A stretch of DNA of 64,000 nt, from the NCBI GenBank assembly GCA_963579135.1, contig CAUZFB010000005.1, positions 14,020 to 78,019 on the forward strand, read 5' to 3'. Below the pieces are notes generated by a model that worked only from the letters and a program-made list of their open reading frames with translations, made no database searches and had not been told where the DNA came from. Shown here piece after piece: positions 48,588 to 58,167 of the stretch; the first letter of the stretch is position 1; every line of letters starts with the position of its first letter. The position numbers and the translations under genes are program-made. This stretch comes from Dehalococcoidia bacterium (lineage in GTDB: Bacteria > Chloroflexota > Dehalococcoidia > Lucifugimonadales > Australimonadaceae).

Positions 48588-49730
48588 ATGGCCCAACCCG
48601 TAACAATGCCCAAAATGGGCTTCGACATGCTCGAAGGGACCATCGTCCGCTGGCTCAAACGTGAGGGGGACTCTGTCGCTGTCGGCGAAGTCATCGCCGA
48701 AGTAGAGACTGACAAAGCTATCGTAGAGCTTGAAGCCCCCGCCGAGGGCGTCTTGCTTGTCATCGTGGCCCCAGAGGGCACTCTCGTACCCGTGGACGGT
48801 CTCCTTGCTCACCTCGGTGAGCCTGGCGAGCGTCCACCTCCCTCGCTCTCCTTGCCGACCTCGACGCAAGCTCCACTCGTTTCGCCGGTCACCCAGCGTA
48901 TTGCCAGCGAACGCGGCATCGACACCGCAACGCTCACCGGCACCGGGGCGCAAGGGCATATAACCAAGCAAGACGTCCTGGCTGCAACAGACGGAACGGA
49001 ACCACCCGCAGGCGGCCTCCGCATTGGGTTTCCTCCGCGCTTGCCCAACGCAGATGGCAACATCATCCTAGGCCCCATGGGCGAAGCGATCGCCCGGCGC
49101 ACCGAAGCAACCATCCGAACCGTACCCCACTTCTACGTCAACATCACCGTGGACATGACCGCCGCATTGGAGTACCGCCGCCAGGTCAACCGAACGCACG
49201 TTGGTCCTGCTCGGGTGAGCGTCAACGACATCATCATCAGGGCCGCAACGCTCACGCTGCTCAAGTACCCCGTATTCAACTCAACGTTCAGGGGAGACCA
49301 CCTCAGCGTGCACCCCCACGTGAACATTGGGATAGCCGTCGCGCTGCCACAAGGCCTCATCGTGCCCGCCATCCTCGCATGCGAGGAGCGATCGCTTGGT
49401 GAGATTGCTCAGGGGGCCAAAGACGTTGCTCAGCGGGCCAAGGATGGCACCCTTCGACAGGCGGAATACTCGGGCACGTTCAGCATCAGCAACCTGGGCA
49501 TGTTCGGCGTCGACTCGTTCCACGCCCTCATCGTCGCGCCACAGGTCGCGGTGCTCAGCGTCTCCACCGTGAAGCCAACCCCGATCGTAGTCAGCAACGA
49601 GGTCGTGGTACGCCAGATGATGACGGCCGCTCTCGGGGTCGACCACCGTGCGGCCCACGGCGCAGAAGGCGCGCAATTCCTCGCTGAGATCAAGCGCCTA
49701 CTGGAAAATCCCACCCTGCTCGGCGACTAG
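48588..49730 (+). CDS. Dihydrolipoamide acyltransferase (E2)
   Basis: Lipoyl domain ETDKA, subunit-binding domain (SP...A...GID....GTG..G.ITK.DV), catalytic GTFSISNLG, DHRAAHG. Confidence 0.9.
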   Translation: MAQPVTMPKMGFDMLEGTIVRWLKREGDSVAVGEVIAEVETDKAIVELEAPAEGVLLVIVAPEGTLVPVDGLLAHLGEPGERPPPSLSLPTSTQAPLVSPVTQRIASERGIDTATLTGTGAQGHITKQDVLAATDGTEPPAGGLRIGFPPRLPNADGNIILGPMGEAIARRTEATIRTVPHFYVNITVDMTAALEYRRQVNRTHVGPARVSVNDIIIRAATLTLLKYPVFNSTFRGDHLSVHPHVNIGIAVALPQGLIVPAILACEERSLGEIAQGAKDVAQRAKDGTLRQAEYSGTFSISNLGMFGVDSFHALIVAPQVAVLSVSTVKPTPIVVSNEVVVRQMMTAALGVDHRAAHGAEGAQFLAEIKRLLENPTLLGD

Positions 49731-49815
49731 TGCATAGCCATCGACCCTAATCCGCATTTCGAGCGCCAACTTGCGCATGCGACCCCACGGATCGCCTGGT
49801 AGGATTGGAGGCGAT

Positions 49816-50754
49816 ATGGCACTTACCCCCGAGCAACAAGCCGAGGTCAACGCCCTGCGCGGCGAGACCTTCCAGACACACCGAACCACCGTTCCAGCAC
49901 TGGAAGAGGTCCTCTATCAGGCCCTCCCCGTGCTGGATCACGGCTTCATTAGAGTCATCGATTACATGGGTGATGACGCAGCCATCGTACAGGCGGCGCG
50001 GGTGTCCTACGGCAAGGGCACCAAGCGCACTCGCGACGATGCGGGGCTCATCAACTACCTCATGCGTAACGCGCACACATCACCCTTCGAGATGTGCGAA
50101 CTCAAAGTTCACGTCAAGCTCCCCATCTTCATCGCGCGCCAATGGATACGCCACCGCACCGCATCCGTGAACGAATACTCCGCACGCTACTCCGTTCTCG
50201 ATACTGAGTTCTATGTCCCGGCGCCCGAACAGCTTGCCGCGCAATCTGCCGCCAATCGCCAGGGCCGAGATGAGGTACTCGGTCCTGAAGAAGCACAAGC
50301 GGTACTCGGCCTGCTAAGAGCCGACGCACAGCAAGCCTTCGACCACTACCACGAGATGCTCAACCGCGATGACGATGACAATGAGTTGGTTCCCGGTCGC
50401 AGCGGCCTTGCTCGAGAACTGGCTCGGATGAATCTGCCCCTCAGCGCCTATACTCAGTGGTACTGGAAAGTGAACCTCCACAACCTGCTGCACTTTCTTC
50501 GGCTACGGGCGGATGCCCACGCTCAGTGGGAAATTCGTGCGTACGCTCAGGTACTCATGGATATCGTCGAGAAGTGGGCGCCACTCACCTATCACGCGTT
50601 CATGACCTACAGCATCGGTGGCGCGCACCTCACCGACGAAGGCCTCGCCGTTGTCCGCAAGCTCATCGCAGGCGAAACCATCGACCCATCGTCCCTCAGC
50701 ATGTCGCCTCGCGAATGGCGCGAGCTCAAAGCGATCCTCAATATCAAAGACTAA
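49816..50754 (+). CDS. thyX: FAD-dependent thymidylate synthase
   Basis: [46 protein letters not shown]. Confidence 0.96.
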   Translation: MALTPEQQAEVNALRGETFQTHRTTVPALEEVLYQALPVLDHGFIRVIDYMGDDAAIVQAARVSYGKGTKRTRDDAGLINYLMRNAHTSPFEMCELKVHVKLPIFIARQWIRHRTASVNEYSARYSVLDTEFYVPAPEQLAAQSAANRQGRDEVLGPEEAQAVLGLLRADAQQAFDHYHEMLNRDDDDNELVPGRSGLARELARMNLPLSAYTQWYWKVNLHNLLHFLRLRADAHAQWEIRAYAQVLMDIVEKWAPLTYHAFMTYSIGGAHLTDEGLAVVRKLIAGETIDPSSLSMSPREWRELKAILNIKD

Positions 50755-50815
50755 CGATAGGTCGGATATGCCTGATTCGCGGTTCCAATGACACTGTCCA
50801 ACCGAGCTGGACGAC

Positions 50816-50847
50816 AAAAGGCCCCGCTCTCTCAAGCGGGGCCTTTT
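50816..50847. terminator. Bidirectional terminator
   Basis: aaaaggccccgct / agcggggcctttt between convergent genes. Confidence 0.85.
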
Positions 50848-50875
50848 CATCGTCTCTGTGAAGGAGCAGCCGTTG

Positions 50876-51922
50876 TTAGGCGGCGTCCCGTCGGCGGCGG
50901 AACATTGCCAACCCACCGCCCGTGAAGATCACACCAGCCGCAAGAGCCAGCAGAGCAATCATCGGAACGAGCTCGTCACCAGCTGACGGGGGAATCGGAA
51001 CTACGCCAGAGGCAGGGACGAATGCGCCCATATCCTGTGCAGCAGCATAAAGGTCTGAGGCAGCCGAGGCGACCTGGCCTGACATGCTGCTCACGTTGGC
51101 CGCCGCAACATCCGCCAGGATGCCGGTCGACGACGCGGCGATCACCGCCTGCGCGTTCGTCCTTGCAATGCCTGCGCGGTCAATCACGCGATCCGCAGCA
51201 GCGGTCACCGCATCCGCACCCGCAGCCACCGTGGCGTTACCGGCGTCGCTCGCCTTCGCAGCGGCGGCCTGAACCTTTGCCTCGTTAGCGTAAGCCAGGA
51301 TGCCAACGGTGTCCCCAGGAGCGCCCAATCCGTCGATCGCGTTGAGCACGTGCTGAGCGTGGCCCTGCATACTTGCGAGGGTGTCTGAGCTCTGCGAGAA
51401 GCCCGCGTGAGCCACTGCGACGCTTGCCTGACCGTAGAGCGCCACCGCAACGCCACTACCCGTGCCCGTCGCGGTGGAAGCAGTCAGCAAGCTGCGGAAC
51501 GACCCCAGGACACCTGCGGTAATCGTAGCGCTGAACGCAGCGTCACCTGAGGTCGCGGGGTCAGGGTCAGGGGAGGGCTCTTTCGTCAACACAAGCTGCC
51601 CGTATGTGGCCGCAAGGTTTTCGTTAGTGGGTGATACCCATGTCCCGTTGATGTCAGGTCCGTTGAACGTGCCAACGCTAATCTTGGCGCCGGTTGAGCT
51701 AACGAGCCAGCCTTCATACCGGAGACCTACCCCTGCCACCGGAACGGCAGCCAAGGCGAGCACCAAGCTGTTGCTCGCGCCAAGCGCGGAGCCTGCTGCG
51801 TCGCGGATGGTGGCTGTACCACCCAACGTCACGGCTTGGGCATTGGCCGCCGTCGCCGACATGAGCATGGCAAACAACAACGTGAGTGCCATCGTGATTT
51901 GGAGCTTTCGGCGCGTAAACAT
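50876..51922 (-). CDS. Exported Ala-rich protein with RskA-like N-terminal motif and C-terminal sortase-like sorting signal
   Basis: Signal peptide (…ANA|Q); 'YEGWLV...VGTF...LTKEP..DP.P'; ends PPSAGD + TM + RRRR. Confidence 0.65.
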   Translation of the reverse strand: MFTRRKLQITMALTLLFAMLMSATAANAQAVTLGGTATIRDAAGSALGASNSLVLALAAVPVAGVGLRYEGWLVSSTGAKISVGTFNGPDINGTWVSPTNENLAATYGQLVLTKEPSPDPDPATSGDAAFSATITAGVLGSFRSLLTASTATGTGSGVAVALYGQASVAVAHAGFSQSSDTLASMQGHAQHVLNAIDGLGAPGDTVGILAYANEAKVQAAAAKASDAGNATVAAGADAVTAAADRVIDRAGIARTNAQAVIAASSTGILADVAAANVSSMSGQVASAASDLYAAAQDMGAFVPASGVVPIPPSAGDELVPMIALLALAAGVIFTGGGLAMFRRRRDAA

Positions 51923-52263
51923 CCCGCCTCCTGTATCCGCCATTCTATAGAGCAAAACCGCACATCTGGGAGCCTGCCACTCCCCGGAACGCGCTGGTAC
52001 AGCTTCGTCAACCCTACCGGCCCGCTTGGTGTAGACACGAGATTCACAGCAAGCAGGAGGCGCGCAGTATAGTACATGCAGCGTGCCTTACATAGCCATG
52101 AAAGCCTACATTTGACTCGACTTTAACCGCAACGGCCTTGTCTAGCCCTGCCCAAAGCTTCCTAATGCCACGATTCCCCCTACTTGAAGACGCTCCGTCC
52201 GCTTTCCTGCGAGTGCTCCGCTCCCACGGTACAACTGGATAGCTGCCTGCGCCGGTGCTTGAC

Positions 52264-53337
52264 CTACCGCAGCAGGCGGACGGCGTTTGGTGGGAGGATC
52301 ACGGTAACGTCGTCTCCAGGCGCCACGTCGGCGCCCGCGTCGCGCTGTGCGACCGCGCAAACGAGTTCGCCAGCACCCACGCGAACGCAAAGTTCGGACT
52401 CGCCACCGCGAAACGCACGCGTAGCCACGACCCCCGCCAGCGCACCGACTGGTACTGGACCGTCCTGCGCGGGCACCACCGTCAGCGCCCTTTCGTCGAT
52501 TAGGACGAGAACGTCTCCTCCGAGCAGCACCCCTGCCGGGATTGGCTCACCTACCGCCAACGTCCCGATCGCGCACCGGACGCGTGCTATTCCCTCTGCC
52601 TGTTCAAGTCTCCCGGCGAGGATGTTCCGCATGCCCAACGTACGGGCAACCAACTCCGTGGCAGGCGCCCTGAACAACGCTTCCGGGGCTCCAGCCTGCA
52701 CCACCGAGCCACGGTCCATGAAGACGATCTCATCCGCGATGGCGAACGCCTCGTCTTTGTCATGTGTCACGTAAATCGCAGTGACGCCCACCTCTTTGAT
52801 AATCGATCGCACCTGGCCCTGCAACGACTCGCGCAGAACCCTATCGAGCGACCCCAGGGGCTCGTCCAGCATCAGCAGCTTTGGCGATGGCGCCAGCGAC
52901 CGTGCCAGCGCGACTCGCTGGCGCTCACCGCCTGAGAGCTCATACACCTTCCGCGTTCCGTACCCTTCCAGTCCCACCAGCTCCAGCAAGCCTTCGACGC
53001 GCTTCTGTACGGCATCGTTGGATTGCCGCTGCATCCGCAAGCCGAAGCTCACGTTCCCGAAAACGTCCATGTGTGGAAATAGCGCCAGGTCCTGGAACAT
53101 CAGACCGAAGCCCCGCATGTGGGGAGCAACGATCTCCTGTCTCATCCCGTCGAACCGCACCGATCCTGCGTCCAGCTTTTCCAAGCCAGCAACCAGCCTG
53201 AGCAGGGTGCTTTTCCCACAGCCGCTTGGACCCAGCAGGCACACCAGATCGCCGTGCTCTGCCATCAGTGACACTTCCCGCACGGCCGGCACAGCACCAA
53301 ACCATTTCGAAACCCCCACAACTTCAAGCGCGGGCAT
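52264..53337 (-). CDS. Thiamine ABC transporter ATP-binding subunit (with TOBE-like tail)
   Basis: GPSGCGKS, LSGGERQR, LDEP; in operon with thiB/thiP. Confidence 0.88.
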   Translation of the reverse strand: MPALEVVGVSKWFGAVPAVREVSLMAEHGDLVCLLGPSGCGKSTLLRLVAGLEKLDAGSVRFDGMRQEIVAPHMRGFGLMFQDLALFPHMDVFGNVSFGLRMQRQSNDAVQKRVEGLLELVGLEGYGTRKVYELSGGERQRVALARSLAPSPKLLMLDEPLGSLDRVLRESLQGQVRSIIKEVGVTAIYVTHDKDEAFAIADEIVFMDRGSVVQAGAPEALFRAPATELVARTLGMRNILAGRLEQAEGIARVRCAIGTLAVGEPIPAGVLLGGDVLVLIDERALTVVPAQDGPVPVGALAGVVATRAFRGGESELCVRVGAGELVCAVAQRDAGADVAPGDDVTVILPPNAVRLLR

Positions 53338-54989
53338 CAGAAACCACCCACGTTCCGGTAACGGAACCGTTCTATCGCCACGAATCCCATGGCCACTACG
53401 ACCATCAACAGCGTGCTCATCGCTAACGCCTGCCCGAGGTTCGACTCCCCCGGCTGCGACAGCAACCGAAAGATCGCCACAGGGATCGTCGTGAACTCAG
53501 GCCGGACCAGCAATAGCGATGCACCAAACTCACCCATCGACACTGCGAACGCAAACATCGCACCCACCAGTAAAGCGCGTCCGATAATCGGCAGCTCGAT
53601 GTGTATGAAAATGCTCAACGGCGCCGCGCCCAGCAGGGCCGCAGACTCCTTCAGGTGCGGCGGCATTCCCCGCAGCACCGGCAGTACGCTCCGGATAACG
53701 AACGGGTATGCCACCAAAGAGTGAGCAATCACGAGGATCAACCACGACCCGCGCAGGTCGATTGGTGCACGGTTGAACGCCACCAGGAACCCGAACCCGA
53801 GCGTCACAGCCGATACGCCCAGCGGCGCCATGAACAACGCGTCGACCACGCCTGAACGACCACGCCCCCGCCGTGCGATAACGTACGCCGCCGCCGTGCC
53901 GACCACGAGCGCGATCGCCATCGACGCCAACGCGAACCGTAGCGAGTTCCAGATCACCGCCTGGGGCGACAGCCGAAAGTACGACCCGCTATCGTCGGAG
54001 AACAGACCCGTGAAATGCACCAGCGAGTACCCACCACCCGATGAGAGCGCTCGCTCGACCAGCGCCAGCAATGGCGACAGAACGACCAGCAGTACCCCAG
54101 TGATCGCCACTATCACCACTACGTCCCGGAAGCCACGCTTGCCACGCTTACTCTCCTCCTCCGGGACGAACGTGATCGGCACGGCGCTCTGCGCCTGCAG
54201 CCTCGTGTACACCAACAGGAACACGTAGGTGAATACCAATTGCACCAGCGCGAGCGCTCCAGCGACCTCCAACCGGAACAACTTCACCGTCAGCTCATAG
54301 ATCCCGACCTCGAGTGTCGCGAATCGCGGTCCACCTAGGATCAGCACGACCCCGAACGAAGTGAACGAGAAGACGAACACGAGCACTGCCGACGACCACA
54401 AAGACGGCAGCAGCAGTGGCAGCGTTACATGAGTGAACGTCCGGATCCGCCCCGCCCCCAACATGGCCGCGCTCTCGCCGAATAGCGGGCTAAGATTGGA
54501 CCAGAACGCCGACACGATGCGCACCACGATCGAATAGTTGTAAAACGCGTGTGCCATGAAAATGATGGTCAACGTATTCGTGACTCGCACCTGCGGGGCC
54601 TCAGCACCAAAGAGACCCGTAAGCGCCGTGTTGATCAGCCCTTGAGGACCGAGCAACGCCACGAAGCCCATCGCCACGACAATCGTCGGCATGATGAACG
54701 GTAGTGTGGTTAGCGCCATCAACACCGTCTTGCCGGGGAAATCATGCCTGGCGAACAGGTACGCGGCAGGCAGGCCAACCACCAGCGTCAACACCGTGGA
54801 AACGGCCGCCTGCCACATAGTGAACCAAATGCGGCCAAGGTAATAAGAATCGCCTAGCACCACCCCGAACGGGTCGAGGCTCAGCACCTCACCACCGAAA
54901 CTCCTCCCCAGGATTGCCCCTAGGGGATATAGGAAGAACGCGGCGAGGAACGTCACCGGTCCAATGACCAAAAGCCTACTAGCGATCAC
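53337..54989 (-). CDS. thiP: Thiamine ABC transporter permease
   Basis: Two EAA-type motifs (ESAAMLGA, ESAALLGA), FTSFG, MGEFGA; follows thiB. Confidence 0.85.
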   Translation of the reverse strand: MIASRLLVIGPVTFLAAFFLYPLGAILGRSFGGEVLSLDPFGVVLGDSYYLGRIWFTMWQAAVSTVLTLVVGLPAAYLFARHDFPGKTVLMALTTLPFIMPTIVVAMGFVALLGPQGLINTALTGLFGAEAPQVRVTNTLTIIFMAHAFYNYSIVVRIVSAFWSNLSPLFGESAAMLGAGRIRTFTHVTLPLLLPSLWSSAVLVFVFSFTSFGVVLILGGPRFATLEVGIYELTVKLFRLEVAGALALVQLVFTYVFLLVYTRLQAQSAVPITFVPEEESKRGKRGFRDVVVIVAITGVLLVVLSPLLALVERALSSGGGYSLVHFTGLFSDDSGSYFRLSPQAVIWNSLRFALASMAIALVVGTAAAYVIARRGRGRSGVVDALFMAPLGVSAVTLGFGFLVAFNRAPIDLRGSWLILVIAHSLVAYPFVIRSVLPVLRGMPPHLKESAALLGAAPLSIFIHIELPIIGRALLVGAMFAFAVSMGEFGASLLLVRPEFTTIPVAIFRLLSQPGESNLGQALAMSTLLMVVVAMGFVAIERFRYRNVGGF

Positions 54990-56029
54990 CGAAGGACGAC
55001 CTCGGTCCAGTCCTGGATCCACTTCTCCCGCTTCTCGCCAATCTCCAACGCGCCAATGTCGGACGGTTGCGACGGAACCTCAGCGAACCTGAACGAATCA
55101 GGGATGCTGGCGTTCCGGTTCACCGGATATACGAACATTTTCTCAGGGAAATCTTCCTGGAAGCTCCTCCCCAGCGCGAAGTCTATGAACTTCTTTGCCA
55201 AGTCCTTGCTGTTGGCTCCCTTCAATACCCCCATACCCTCGATCTGCAGGAACGAAGCCTTATCGATGAGGATGTTGCCCGTCGGCGGCACCTCCACCGG
55301 TGTCTCGGAGAACAGGAATTCCGCAGCGGGGCTCGTCGCGTAGCTCACCACCAAAGGCCGGTCCCCACCGTACTGCGAGAAGTCGGTGTAGTACGCCGCC
55401 GTCCATCCATCCTTCACCAGCACATCATTCGCGCGCAGGTCTCGCCAGAAGTCCAGGTAGTCATAGTCATCGTCTTCACCGAAGTAGGACACTGTCGAAA
55501 TCAGAAACGCTAAACCCGGCGATGACGATGCAGGATCCTCCACCACTAGACGTCCCTTCCAGTCGGCCTCCGTCAGCTCTTCCAACGTGCTGGGGGGCGT
55601 CAGGCCGTGATCCATCAGGTACTGTTTGTCGTAGTTCAGGTTCACGTAACCGTAGGCAATCGACGTCACATGCCCGCTGTCGTCAAGGACGAATTGTGCC
55701 GGAACTTCATCCAGCAGATCAGGGCGGTACTCGTCGAAGATCTCCTCGTCCAGCGCCCGGCCGAGGTACGTGTTATCTATCCCGTACAGTAGGTCTGCAG
55801 AAGGATTCCCCTTCTCCAGGATCGCCCTTACCAGCGCCTCACCAGCGTCGCCGGCCGACTGGAGCACCACCGTGGCGTCGTGCTCGGCCTCGAACTGAGA
55901 GATGAGTTCCGCACCGATGTTGAAACTGTCGTGGGTCATGATTACCAACTCACTGTCCTCATCGCCCCCACATGACACGGCGAACGCGGTCATGAGCATC
56001 ATCAAAACAATCGCTGCTAATTGCCTCAT
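54986..56029 (-). CDS. thiB: Thiamine ABC transporter substrate-binding lipoprotein
   Basis: Lipobox AVSC, THDSF, GDAG, GIDNT, DPASSSPG, VVSYATSP, QIE; downstream of a TPP riboswitch. Confidence 0.92.
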   Translation of the reverse strand: MRQLAAIVLMMLMTAFAVSCGGDEDSELVIMTHDSFNIGAELISQFEAEHDATVVLQSAGDAGEALVRAILEKGNPSADLLYGIDNTYLGRALDEEIFDEYRPDLLDEVPAQFVLDDSGHVTSIAYGYVNLNYDKQYLMDHGLTPPSTLEELTEADWKGRLVVEDPASSSPGLAFLISTVSYFGEDDDYDYLDFWRDLRANDVLVKDGWTAAYYTDFSQYGGDRPLVVSYATSPAAEFLFSETPVEVPPTGNILIDKASFLQIEGMGVLKGANSKDLAKKFIDFALGRSFQEDFPEKMFVYPVNRNASIPDSFRFAEVPSQPSDIGALEIGEKREKWIQDWTEVVLR

Positions 56030-56075
56030 ACCCAGCCTCCCATCTATTACTTCGCCACGGTGCCACATGGGCAAC

Positions 56076-56100
56076 AAAAAAACCGCCTGATCTAGGCGGC
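56076..56100 (-). terminator. Riboswitch expression-platform terminator
   Basis: Minus strand CCGCCU-agauc-AGGCGG followed by a U tract; CUAGAUCAGG can alternatively pair with aptamer CCUGAUCUGG. Confidence 0.85.
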
Positions 56101-56117
56101 CAACGAAGCATGGAAAA

Positions 56118-56210
56118 CCACTCTCCCTCCGCTGGCATTATCCAGATCAGGTTAGGGGTCAACAGCGTTTGCGCTGTCCTCTCAGCCTGGCTACCCAAGC
56201 TCCCCCGCAT
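56118..56210 (-). ncRNA. TPP riboswitch (THI element)
   Basis: Minus strand GGGGGAGC...GCUGAGA...ACCUGAUCUGGAUAAUGCCAGCGGAGGGA upstream of thiB. Confidence 0.96.
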
Positions 56211-56506
56211 CATATTCGATTGGCGTAAGGCTAGTGATACGGCGACGGTCGTGTCAATAGAGCCGCCTGCCCCAGCCGTCACCATACCCATCCTCCGCGA
56301 CTCAGCCCAGACTCGCCATCCAACGCTCGAACCCCAGGTGAACGGCATACATTGAGCGCATGATGCGATCACTCCAACCGGATCTGCGCTCGCCGTAGAT
56401 TTGGTATCGACGGCTTCATTTCCATTGAAACGCAAAAATTCGCTGTGCTACACTCCCGGCCGCATGCCCGTGGTACTCCCTCTAAAGCATGGTAGGAGGT
56501 GTTGAT

Positions 56507-56812
56507 TTGGCGACTCTACGAAAAGGTGACCTGGCCTCAAGGATTGCCTTCAAGCTCGGCGGTGCTCGATCCCAGGGTGACGCTGCTCTCAATGCGGTTC
56601 TTGACGCCGTTCACGACGCGTTAAAAGCGGGCGACCGCGTGGTCCTCACCGGATTCGGTGCATTCGAAGCCCGTCAAGTGAAGGAGCGCGAGGTCCGCGC
56701 CATCCGCGGCCCACAGGCAGGCCAGCGAGTGAAGGTACCATCGCACCGCCGCGTGGGATTCACCCCAGGGTCGTATCTGGCAGCCGCAGTGCGCAACCGC
56801 CGGCCACAGTAA
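56507..56812 (+). CDS. hup: HU family DNA-binding protein
   Basis: ALKAGDRVVLTGFGAFE...F.PG..L; TTG start after AGGAGGT. Confidence 0.88.
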   Translation: MATLRKGDLASRIAFKLGGARSQGDAALNAVLDAVHDALKAGDRVVLTGFGAFEARQVKEREVRAIRGPQAGQRVKVPSHRRVGFTPGSYLAAAVRNRRPQ

Positions 56813-56966
56813 TCAGTTAGGGGCTGGCAGTCTGCCAGCGGCGCTGGCCAACCCGGCGCAGAACCATGAGCGACATACACAGCCACCCTGAGGGTGGCTG
56901 TTCGCTTGAGGCGCCTCGCTGCCAGGCGCCTCTGGAATACCGGCGCTCTTCGTTTAACATGGTCTT

Positions 56967-58043
56967 ATGGATGCCGATGAGAAACGGTTCGTCGCGTTGG
57001 TCGACCTCGACGCTTTCTACGCATCCGTAGAAACACTGGAAGACCCTAGCCTCGCAGGCAAGCCGCTGCTCATCGGCGGCTCGCCCGCAGCGCGTGGCGT
57101 TGTCGCCGCAGCCTCCTACGAAGCCCGCAAGTACGGATGCCACTCCGCGATGCCGATGGCTCGCGCGGTCAAATTATGCCCTATCGCTGTCATCCTCAGG
57201 CCCCGGTTCTCCCTCTACCGTCAGTACTCTCAGCAAGTCATGGACGTCCTGCGGCGCGAGTCATCGCTCGTCGAGCAGGTGTCCATCGACGAAGCGTACG
57301 TCGACCTAACCCCCGTGGCTGAAACCATGGAGGACGCCGAAGGCCTCGCCCACCGTATGCAGGGCCGCATCCGCCTCGACCTCGGCTTGCCTGCGTCCGT
57401 GGGCCTCGCGCCCAGCAAGCTCGTCGCAAAGGTCGCCTGCGAGACCGGCAAACCCCAGGGATTCGTCGTCATCAGGCACGGCGAAGAATCCGCGTTCCTG
57501 GCAGGGCTTGAGGTACAAGCGCTCCCCGGCATCGGCCCGCGATCCACCCAGAAGCTCCGCAACAGCGGTTTCGAGACTCTCGGGCAGATCGCGGACACCC
57601 CCCTGCAGACCATCACGACCGTCCTCGGCCCGTACGGCGCCGTGATTCAGCATAGGGCGCGTGGTGAAGACCAATCGCCCGTCACCAATGACCGCGAAAC
57701 CCAATCCGTGAGCGCGGAAGAGACCTTCGCAGAGGACATTAGCGACGCTCAGACCCTCACCGATGAGGTCAAACGTTTATCCGGACGTATCGCCGAATCG
57801 CTATCTAACCACGGCCTTGTTGCCCGAACGGTGACTCTCAAGCTACGCAACGCCGACTTCCTCACCATCACACGGTCGACCTCCCGTGACCGTTCGACCG
57901 CCGACGCCGAAGCCATCGTCGCCGACGCCCTTCGCCTCCTCAGCGCAAACTGGACCAACGGCGACCCCGTGAGGCTCATCGGCGTGGGCGCGAGCAACCT
58001 CCGTCTGGTTCGCGCCCCCGGCCAGTTAGCCATGGACATGTGA
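56967..58043 (+). CDS. dinB: DNA polymerase IV
   Basis: VDLDAFYASVE, RGVV.AASYEAR.YG..SAMP, SIDEAY, K..AK.A...KP.G. Confidence 0.95.
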   Translation: MDADEKRFVALVDLDAFYASVETLEDPSLAGKPLLIGGSPAARGVVAAASYEARKYGCHSAMPMARAVKLCPIAVILRPRFSLYRQYSQQVMDVLRRESSLVEQVSIDEAYVDLTPVAETMEDAEGLAHRMQGRIRLDLGLPASVGLAPSKLVAKVACETGKPQGFVVIRHGEESAFLAGLEVQALPGIGPRSTQKLRNSGFETLGQIADTPLQTITTVLGPYGAVIQHRARGEDQSPVTNDRETQSVSAEETFAEDISDAQTLTDEVKRLSGRIAESLSNHGLVARTVTLKLRNADFLTITRSTSRDRSTADAEAIVADALRLLSANWTNGDPVRLIGVGASNLRLVRAPGQLAMDM

Positions 58044-58167
58044 GACCCCGAACTGCCAATCCCTGGTCAGCCAAGGCATTTCAGTCCGGAAACCTGGCCT
58101 GTGCATATAACTTCAGCGCATGGCCTCGCTGATAACCTACGTCGACAAGACCAAGAGGTGTTCCCCC

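Noticed and set aside
56830-56966. LexA box upstream of dinB
   Set aside because: No GAAC-N4-GTTC match; the palindrome at 56879-56901 looks like a hairpin ending the hup transcript.
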